Shown one piece after another: positions 55,492 through 64,000 of a stretch of 64,000 nucleotides of DNA; position 1 is the first letter of the stretch, and every line of letters starts with the position of its first letter. The notes beneath the pieces were generated by a model that saw only the letters and a list, made by a program, of their open reading frames with translations, did not search any database and had not been told where the DNA came from. The stretch comes from Escherichia phage vB_EcoM_EP57, in the sequence record OR544956. One strand, given 5' to 3'. The position numbers and the translations under genes are program-made.

Positions 55492-57704
55492 TTAGGTTGT
55501 TGGCACATCTACTACTGGCGTTGGGCGAATAACCGCAGTATTACCTACAGAAACATTACTGGAATCATTAGGTATGGTTTTAATTCTAACTCCAGCACTT
55601 GTAGGCGTTACAATTGGATCTGCAATGTCTATTTTAACTGGGTTAGTCCACGTATCATTATCTTGATAAGGTGCACGAGTAATAACTGTGTCCAAATCTG
55701 CTCCACCTACGCCAGCACCAGGAATACGGATACGTGTCCCTGCTGACAGAGGGTAATGATACAACCAAGAAGCATTTGTTGCTGTCCCGTTAGGAGTCAA
55801 GTTCTGTGTCAGGAAGGTATCTCCTGCCTGTGTAGCTCGAATACCGAAAGCTGGGATATCTGGAATATATGCCCCACTTGTTGTTACAAGGAAGAACGTA
55901 TTATCCGCCTTGACTATCATATCACCTTTGTCAAACTCTTTCCCTGTTGGGAAATGCATTCCATCAATGTTTCGACTAGGATTAGGCTCTAAGTAATAAA
56001 CTTTGCCCGTTGTCCCTACAATAGCTCCAATACCACCTGCGATATTGGTATACATATTAGCTTCAACATTACAGTTGACACGATGAATATCCGAGTAACG
56101 GCAACGGCTCCACTGTGGACGACCAGTAACCATCGTCTTGCCATCTGGGTAACAGTTTACGTTAACCATTTCAAGAACAGATTTTTCTCTACGGAAGAAT
56201 CCATCATAAAATGTTCCTGGACCAGATTCAGGTTGACCAACACAATCGAAGATATTACAGGTGATGTTAGACATTGAAAGCCAAGAAGCTATACCGAACA
56301 ACTGCAATGCAGCGCAACGAATATTTTCAAAGCTAACTCTGTTTTCATAACCTGGCCCAGCGGAAACTCCCGCAAAAACACGCCCAGTTTTGGTGTGAAT
56401 GTTACGAACAGAATAGTTAAAGCATGGGTTTGAAGGTCTACCCTGTGCCGGAACTACCGGATTACCCTCTTCGTCCAGAACTGCGTTAGTTCCCCACTCC
56501 AAATAAATCATACGGATATTACTTGCAAGTGTGCTACCGTCTGTTTTAGGCTCCCCATAAACACCGTCAATCGTAAAATCTTTACTTCCATACATTACAA
56601 CTGCGCCAGTTGCCAAACCTGTCCCAACAGATACGGTTTGATCTGGATCGCCATGAATGTTTTCGATAGAAATATTACGACCAACTTCTACGTGGACAAT
56701 CTGACGGCAACGTTTTGCAAAAACGTTACGAATTGTAATATTCTTGCAATATTGATCATCAGGGATTCCGTAACCATATGGTCCTTTACCAGCTACACCG
56801 ATACCGATACCCCAGTTGGACAGAGGAATAGGAGCGTTAGTCCCATCGATATTAGACAGGTAAATATTCTCAATCACACAACCATCATCATAATGTTTAT
56901 TGATGACGTTCAGTTCTATCGCATCACCTTGCATGTCCATGAAGGTAAGGTTACGGAAGACACCACGTGTTACTGGTTCCCCTGTCCCTTGTTGAAGCCA
57001 TATAACCCGTTTTTAAAAGTACAGTTATCAATTTCAAAAGTACCTGATATTGGGTTGCCTTGGAATACCAAGCTACCAACTTGACCTGCGCGAGGAGCAC
57101 CGTCCCACAAACAATCGAACATGCGCACAGCACCACCCCAATACATAACACGAGAGTTACGGAAAGTTGTGCCTTCTACTGTAGCATTTTGCACACGATA
57201 GTCGCGTTGACCACGGAACACACCCCCACGCAAAGTGATATCTTGAATATCAAAAGAGCTTGTCGTGAAAGTCATATCGCAACCGTAAGCATCGAGAATC
57301 TTGCTTTTCGAAGCTTTTGCTGCTAACAGTGCCGCCTGGAAAGCTGCTTCTGGTGTGGTATAGGTAGTTGTATTGTTAGCAAATTCTGACAAGTAGACAA
57401 CATCGAATAAATCGTTGTATGTTCCACCACGAGGGGTTAACAGTCCTTCCGTATTAGTTAGAACCCATGCGTTTGGACCTAATCCACCGCTTGTCTCTAA
57501 TGTGTCAGAGGCCAAAATACTTTTTGGTAAACTTCCAGCCCAACGATAACGACCAGCACCACGTCCAATCGTCTGATTTTTAGCTGTCAGGGTTACGTTA
57601 TTACCAAAGCTTGTAGGCAAATGGACAAATTGTCCACGTTCAACAGCCAGTGCAGAAAGATCTACAGATCCCCCAGAATAAGTCATTACTCCAGAAACAG
57701 ACAA
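55492..57704 (-). CDS. tailspike-like beta-helix protein, frameshifted
   Basis: ORFs 56970..57704 and 55492..56940, contiguous in different frames. Confidence 0.45.
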
Positions 57705-57709
57705 AGATG

Positions 57710-58261
57710 TTAAAGTTCCTGTAATGTTAGGAGGTAGTGTGTAGGAAGACTGTGACTATCTTCTATGCGGAAAGCTTCCCCCAGAACCTGAATAACACCA
57801 TTGATCGTAACAATAGCACTATCAAAGATGTAAGGAGGACTAATTACTGTTTCATAACCAGTTGCACCAGAATATACCCAAGGGGTGACTTCTGTTGCCA
57901 ATTGTTCTGTCTTCAGTCCCCACAATACCCAGTTGTTATCTCCTACTGGAGTCCCTTGCATAGGGATAGGGTTAACCAATGTAGCGTTAGGAGCATAGTA
58001 ATAACCGCTCAATACTCCATTCTGGAAATAACGAAGTTGGTTAAAAACTGTTTCGTTTGTGCCTTGCGCCCAATCCAATGGGCTTTTAAAGAAAAAGTTG
58101 TCAACAAGGGCTTTTCTCAGGGTTGGTATCAACCCTGATTCTGTTTCAATACTCTCTGTAGCACTTCCATTAATAACATCATGGAGTTGGTTAGATGAGA
58201 AAATAACCAGGTCTACGCCCTGTTCGAGAGACGTTGCTGGATATGTTGGGAATGTTGCCAT
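57710..58261 (-). CDS. tail/baseplate-associated protein (183 aa)
   Basis: ORF in structural operon. Confidence 0.5.
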   Translation of the reverse strand: MATFPTYPATSLEQGVDLVIFSSNQLHDVINGSATESIETESGLIPTLRKALVDNFFFKSPLDWAQGTNETVFNQLRYFQNGVLSGYYYAPNATLVNPIPMQGTPVGDNNWVLWGLKTEQLATEVTPWVYSGATGYETVISPPYIFDSAIVTINGVIQVLGEAFRIEDSHSLPTHYLLTLQEL

Positions 58262-58264
58262 TAA

Positions 58265-58516
58265 TTACCCCTTATTCTGTGTACGTTTAACTATGTCATC
58301 TAGCATCATTTGGATAGTCGCATTCTTGAGGTCCATAATCTTTTCAATTTTTTGCTCAAGGGTGTTGTTATTTGCCATTAATGTAGAGTTAATTTGATTT
58401 AGCATCTGGGTAAGTTCGGCTTTAGTTGCGTAAGTTGATTCAACAAAGACCAACTTCTTCTCTAGCTCTCGACTTTTCTCCTCCATTTCCTCAAGATCAG
58501 AGCCGAATTTATCCAT
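58265..58516 (-). CDS. coiled-coil structural or chaperone protein (83 aa)
   Basis: helical, charged. Confidence 0.45.
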   Translation of the reverse strand: MDKFGSDLEEMEEKSRELEKKLVFVESTYATKAELTQMLNQINSTLMANNNTLEQKIEKIMDLKNATIQMMLDDIVKRTQNKG

Positions 58517-58557
58517 TTTTTGTTTGAAAAAGAACCAGATGACTCCGATTAAAGGGA

Positions 58558-58950
58558 TTATTGCATCCTTTGCAAGTCCCCATGCGTAGCATCTGTAATA
58601 TTTGCCGACAAGTGATTATGACTGTTATCTAGAACTTGAATAGATAAAGTAACTTCTTTATTACCATTCCAAGTAGCCTCACCAGTAGCATCACCTGCCA
58701 TTGTAATCTTAGTTCCAACTAAAGGCAAGTAAGTATCAGGTAAAGTTGGAAGAAAGTCATCCACCAAATAGCGAATCCATAAACCGATATTATTAAGAAT
58801 CCAGTTCATTTCTTCGCAAGTCATGATTTGACCATAATCCATACCAACTGTGCGGATGGTTTCTTTAGGTCTAATTTTGTTTGTGTTTAAAGTTCCTGGG
58901 AGCGTTACAGTTTGTGTAGCCCAGTCAGGATAATATATTGGCTTCGCCAT
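58558..58950 (-). CDS. baseplate-associated protein (130 aa)
   Basis: position after baseplate genes. Confidence 0.45.
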   Translation of the reverse strand: MAKPIYYPDWATQTVTLPGTLNTNKIRPKETIRTVGMDYGQIMTCEEMNWILNNIGLWIRYLVDDFLPTLPDTYLPLVGTKITMAGDATGEATWNGNKEVTLSIQVLDNSHNHLSANITDATHGDLQRMQ

Positions 58951-58959
58951 TTAAACTCC

Positions 58960-59589
58960 TTAATCTATTTGCTTGAGAAGCGTACACATGCGTCCTGTTT
59001 CATCCCCAGTAGATTCCATGTACAGGGAACCTAAACCACCAATACCATGAGGCGGTTTGGTAGCATAATAAGAACTAAAACCAAAAGCTGATCCTGCTTT
59101 TGCTCCAAGACGGTAGCTACTAATGATAGGGAAAACACTTAGCAACTGTTCTAAAGCTTGATCAGATTGAAGACACAGGTTGTAGAAAAACACATCAAAG
59201 GTTTTATTCAAACCTACGTAAGTATTAAGCGTTTCACGCTCTGTTCCTGTGAAACGGGCGAAGATATCAATTATGTCACCACGAGTCCCCGATGAGGCTA
59301 CGCGGTAAGCCCTGATTTTTAATATTGTTCTATACTCTTCATCATCAGAGCCATTACGTTCGATCCCCATTTCTTCTCCTAAGATATCTAGGTATTTGCC
59401 TGTGGCTGTGGAGATCAAGCGGTGTTTAGCAAGATAGATCATTGCCTGATCTATCTTTTGCTTTTCACTGGATACGATGTAGAGGAGCTTGACAATGTTA
59501 GGAGAAGATTTAAAATCTTCAATCAGAAGGTTTTTAACGTCTTCATTGATACTGGCCCAAGTTGTTACATGGTCAACACTCACTGCCAT
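58960..59589 (-). CDS. baseplate protein, gpI-like (209 aa)
   Basis: immediately downstream of J-like gene. Confidence 0.4.
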   Translation of the reverse strand: MAVSVDHVTTWASINEDVKNLLIEDFKSSPNIVKLLYIVSSEKQKIDQAMIYLAKHRLISTATGKYLDILGEEMGIERNGSDDEEYRTILKIRAYRVASSGTRGDIIDIFARFTGTERETLNTYVGLNKTFDVFFYNLCLQSDQALEQLLSVFPIISSYRLGAKAGSAFGFSSYYATKPPHGIGGLGSLYMESTGDETGRMCTLLKQID

Positions 59590-59591
59590 TT

Positions 59592-60969
59592 TTACACTCC
59601 ATACTCGTAAGAAATGTTATCAAGGTCAAAAGAAGGGACAACATTATAAGCAGGAACTATATTATTCTCTGTATATTTACTGTCATCCTCAGTATTAAGT
59701 TTAACATAAACACGAAGAGAAGTCAAGCGTCCAAAAGCAAGTGCTGCATAAATAACCCCTTTGATTTGATCGTTCGTTACTGAAGAACCTAATTCAAAGT
59801 AAGCTTGCAGGTTTTGTAAAGCTTCTACGATGTTTTGTTTTTCTGTTCCACTTAAAGTTGTTCCGTTGACAGTTTGATAAACAAGTTTTACAGAATACAT
59901 AGCAGAAGCACCTTTCTTCAGCACTCCCTCCATAAACTATAGTCTGGAAAGTCATAGCTGGAGCATGTTCTTGATCATGTAACGTAGGGTTATCATAAAT
60001 CTTCACCTTAGTAACACCATCTGTAAGTAACAGAGCTTTCACAATAGCTGCTCGTGTCCCTGCGTTAGCTTCGTCAACGTTGTCATTGAAACGAGAGCGG
60101 AATTCTGCGTCTGTCTCAACATCTCGACCAGGGGAAAATGAATAGAAGTTACCACTATCAAGATAACCTGTAAAGGTAGAAGATATCCCTGTAATAGACT
60201 CCACACCAACAGGATTGTATCCTTTCTCTGCTGCAACTACCGGAATCTCACTCCACTTGGTTCCAACCGGAACACTAGCATAAAATTTAATAGGAGTTAC
60301 CAGTCCCACTGGAGTATCACTGGTTAAAGAAGTAAAACCAATTGATAAGTTACCTGAATCAGAAAATACAAGACTACGATCAGCTTCTGTTAAATTTGCC
60401 TTGATAAAAGTTTCAAGATCGGTTATAAATGTAGAAGAACCAGGTGCAAGTGTTTTACTGTTTAGTCCTCCATCGACCGCACTTTGTGCATAAAAAGTAA
60501 TATTTGGAACACCTGTAGCAGTTGCATTAGCACGAGAGATTTGATAAGCTGCAATCTTAGCATTCAACATGGTTGGTGTGCTAACATAATAGTTCATATC
60601 ACTATCAGAGTTGAAGTAAATATCCGTGCCTAACTCATAAGTCCAAGCTGCTTTGTTATTACTCTTAACATATGCATAACCTGTACTTGCTGCTGCCCCT
60701 GCTCGATAGAAACCGCGTTTAGAAAAAATTTCGTCAAGATAAATACCTTCTGCGCCATCTAGTGTTTGAGTATTATAAACACCTTGCATACCTTCCCACA
60801 ATGTGTAATCTGTGTATGCAATTATTCTAAACAGTTGTCCGATCACAGTATCTTCAGAAGTGGCTGCATCTGCACCAAATGTGTTTTTTACTGCTGTCAT
60901 ATAATTGTTTAGAACATCGTCAAAAGTCGGGATTACAAATCCCGCATCTGTTAAACCATATTCGTCCAT
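59592..60969 (-). CDS. baseplate J-like protein, frameshifted
   Basis: ORFs 59794..60969 and 59592..59933; shift at an A-run. Confidence 0.45.
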
Positions 60970-61151
60970 TAGTCATCCTCTTTGGTAGATTGTGATCTGC
61001 CCCAACGTAAATCAATAAGATTTTTCATGAGGCGAGAAGGGGTTATCATGAAAACAAAAGCCCAACCCATCCATTCAGGAATTTCTTTTTCTATTCCTAA
61101 AAAGATAAACATGCCTGTCATAACAGACATGCCTACAGCGTTCCAGACCAT
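60969..61151 (-). CDS. small membrane protein (60 aa)
   Basis: two TM segments. Confidence 0.45.
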   Translation of the reverse strand: MVWNAVGMSVMTGMFIFLGIEKEIPEWMGWAFVFMITPSRLMKNLIDLRWGRSQSTKEDD

Positions 61152-61202
61152 TAACTTTTGATGTTTCGGGTAAATTAGTAATTGTAGTTGACATTTTTAC
61201 TC

Positions 61203-63283
61203 CTATATATAAAATTTTTGTGTTGTTACTAAATCTTCTCCAGATTTAGTGGCTAATGTAATTCCACTTATGGTGGCAATCTCAACATTTACCTGTTTAA
61301 GAGTGATATCCTGTAAATAAACGTTCAAAGGCACGTTACCCATATAGAAAACTTGGGATTGAGAATTAACTACCGTGATAGAATCGTGCATTATTTGAGG
61401 ATAGGCCCATATATATTGTGTAAGTCCGTCAAACTTATTGGCGTTCAACACTATGTTACCTATAATCATCTTCCAAAGATACGTGCGGTAGTTTGATTTA
61501 GGATCAAAGCCATACAAAGGTGCAAGAGTAGCATCTGGAACAAAACCTGCATCTTACCTTCCAACAACCAGTCATAACACTCTGAACAGTAAAAATCAAA
61601 AGCTTCAGGAATGTAGTAATCAGACGGGAAGTTAACTTTCTCCATCAAACCGTTGCCGATAATTGATGGCAAGAACGGAAGCAATGTTACCTTGGCTCCT
61701 GGGTAAGTTGCTCTAGTATCTGTTGCAAACTTTGTAACTCTTAATCCTAGTTTACGAGACAAAAATGCATAGTATTCGTCAAACGGCGTTCCTGTTTTAT
61801 AATTATCTATTGTTCCTGCATCTTGTGCAAATAAACCTGTTTCTGTGTTGAATGCCAGTTTGGTAGTGTAATCATATATGCAAGGCATTTTACTTGCTGT
61901 ATTATACCACCACCAAGGCTCACCAATTTGAATGACAACTGGAATATTATTAGCTTGCGAAATAGATGCTATTTTATTAATAACATTTTGCAAATATTCC
62001 ATACCTTCGTCAATAGTTGGAGACAACACATAACTAGGAGGTTTATACCCTGTTGCTGCAAGAGCATCGTTCCAATCATGCTGGACCCATTCTACAGGAC
62101 AAACTGTGCTCATCAATTCAAAACTTAAAGAGTTCATTATTGTGTAGCCCTTCTCGTTTGCTATAGAATGGAAGCTGTTAAGCCAAGCTTCTGTAGCCGG
62201 ATTCAGGAAAACAGATTTATTTAAAGCCCAAGATGTTCCATTCCATGAGAACTCATAATAGTGAGACATTCCGTTATAATGGTTAATCATCCCACGATAA
62301 CCTAGTGCATATGTATTATAAATAACTCTCTCTGGAGTCAGGTTATACATATCATCATAAGATGTGCACATGCGAATATCATGTTCAGGCTGGACAAGGT
62401 TGCTGACTTTCATCATACTGTAACCAGAAGTAGGTTCAAGAAGAGTGAAAGTAAACCAAGCCTCTTGACTGGCAATAGGTACAATCTCTTCTATTTCTTC
62501 GTACCTTGCTGTAATCAAAGAGAAGAAAATATTATCTACAGCACTCATATCCAAAGGAATATCATTATTAGGGCCAGAAAAGATATTACCAAAATCTAAC
62601 TTGATTGTAGCTGTTTTACCATCTTCTGAAATATCTAAAGCGTAGAATCCTAAACTGACATAATGAACACTTTTATCCAGGAGAGTTACAGTCAAAGTCG
62701 GCACCAAAGGTTCTTCTTTAAAACCTGGCATGTTTTGACTAATTTCCATTTTAAACCAAAGTTTCTCTGAACTTAAATCTGTGTGGGGTAAATACCCAAC
62801 ACCTTTATGGTCATATTTGTCAACTGTGCTCCAGATAACCCCTGCCAAACCTGCTGTTGTTCTGTTTACAAATCTTGCAGTAAAAGAGTCTCCATGAGAT
62901 ACAATAGAACAACTTTCCGTTGCTTGAGAATCTATTGTCCAATACATAGGAGAGAACATTTTAACGTCTTTTGTAGTCCAAGTTATTGGAGTAGTATTTT
63001 CTTGGATAGTAGTTATAATACAATTGATGGTTGTTTCAACCATCATATTATTTTGACTAATCCCTGAAACTTGGAGGGAGAAGTTAAGATCTATTGAGTT
63101 CTTTGGTCGTTCAAATACTTCAACCACAATAGTAGCAGAATCAGCATCATCAGGGAACACAAGTGTTCCCGATTTTGCAATATAATCTCTACCAGCGACT
63201 GCTGTTCCGTCAACAGTCGTGTAGTTAAATGAACTCGCATTTACTCTCTTGTCTCGCGTGACAGTAAATATAGCTTGTTTCAT
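61203..63283 (-). CDS. large tail/baseplate structural protein, frameshifted
   Basis: ORFs 61466..63283 and 61203..61517. Confidence 0.45.
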
Positions 63284-63291
63284 TTTACCCC

Positions 63292-63885
63292 TTACTCAGT
63301 AACGTCCACACTAATGTTTGCCATTGTCAAAACAGTAAGTGCAGGAATATTGCTCGAATCCAAAACAGGTAATGCATTTTGGGGATTAAGTTTTTTGTAT
63401 AAGGCATACAACCCAAAACCACGTAACAACTCTCCAGCGTGGAAGCCAAAGAAAACTCCGTTATCACTGTCTGGTCTAGGGGCAGCACTCCAACAACCAT
63501 TCATAACGTGATTAGGACCAAGAACAATATAATTTTCCTGAATAAGTTCAAAACAGCGGTCTGCTACTATTTTAATGTTAGGAATTTCTGAATCATATCC
63601 AGCCATCCCCATTATAGCACATCCCGCCATAAAGAGCGCAGACATGTGACTTGTAAAGTCATCTACAGGCGCAGCCACTTCTCCGTTGGGATAAAATATT
63701 GTTGGTGTTCTTCCTTCGTTGTTATCTTGGAACCACTTCAGATAGTTGATCCAGTTTTTACAAACTGTTAAAAGTTTTTCAGGAACTTCTGCTCCTCGTC
63801 GCTTTAGTTCGTATACCGTATGACACGCACAGAAGAATGCTCGTGCTTCATAACCATCCCAAGCTTTATCGTTCCAATGATACAT
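63292..63885 (-). CDS. structural-module protein, 5' end may lie beyond annotated start
   Basis: frame stays open upstream of first ATG. Confidence 0.45.
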   Translation of the reverse strand: MYHWNDKAWDGYEARAFFCACHTVYELKRRGAEVPEKLLTVCKNWINYLKWFQDNNEGRTPTIFYPNGEVAAPVDDFTSHMSALFMAGCAIMGMAGYDSEIPNIKIVADRCFELIQENYIVLGPNHVMNGCWSAAPRPDSDNGVFFGFHAGELLRGFGLYALYKKLNPQNALPVLDSSNIPALTVLTMANISVDVTE

Positions 63886-64000
63886 TGTGAACTCATTTTT
63901 GTTTCCATAACATAAGCTTGTGCCATTGGCCCAGGCATTACAGGGGCAAACTTATTATAAAACCACATTTGTGAATCATATAAAAAGTCTATACTGTTGT

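Noticed and set aside
44041-63283. Programmed ribosomal frameshifting as the explanation for the split genes
   Set aside because: Too many unrelated genes are affected, with no shared slippery heptamer; sequencing error or decay is more parsimonious.
1-64000. Integrase, repressor or other lysogeny module, and transposase or IS elements
   Set aside because: No ORF shows tyrosine/serine recombinase or transposase motifs; the organisation is that of a virulent phage.

Overview
This window reads as part of a virulent tailed dsDNA phage genome (about 40% GC), with no integrase, rRNA, CRISPR array or convincing tRNA. It has three transcription blocks. (1) 1-20.7 kb, minus strand: about 60 small early ORFs of unknown function, most preceded by a repeated cassette of a sigma70-type promoter plus a GC-rich 5' hairpin (21 copies). 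(2) 20.7-52.2 kb, plus strand: replication and nucleotide metabolism (UvrD-like helicase, nrdD remnant plus nrdG, T7 gp4-like primase-helicase, N6-adenine methyltransferase, family-A DNA polymerase, SSB-like protein) and an accessory island. (3) 52.2-64 kb, minus strand: baseplate, tailspike and tail-fibre genes. The most interesting feature is the accessory island at about 28.9-43.8 kb: a Ter (tellurite-resistance-like) gene set (TerD, a vWA TerY-like protein, TerC, a possible TelA, a phosphoribosyltransferase, a HAD phosphatase), a TARG1/DarG-like macrodomain, and four glycosyltransferases. Codon usage and an E. coli SSB-type C-terminal tail (DFDDDIPF) suggest an enterobacterial or related gamma-proteobacterial host. 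At least eight conserved genes are interrupted by frameshifts, and nrdD also has an internal deletion, so either the assembly is error-prone or some genes are decaying. All calls rest on motif reading of the supplied ORF translations; no database search was run. Coordinates of hand-found ORFs under 60 aa are approximate.
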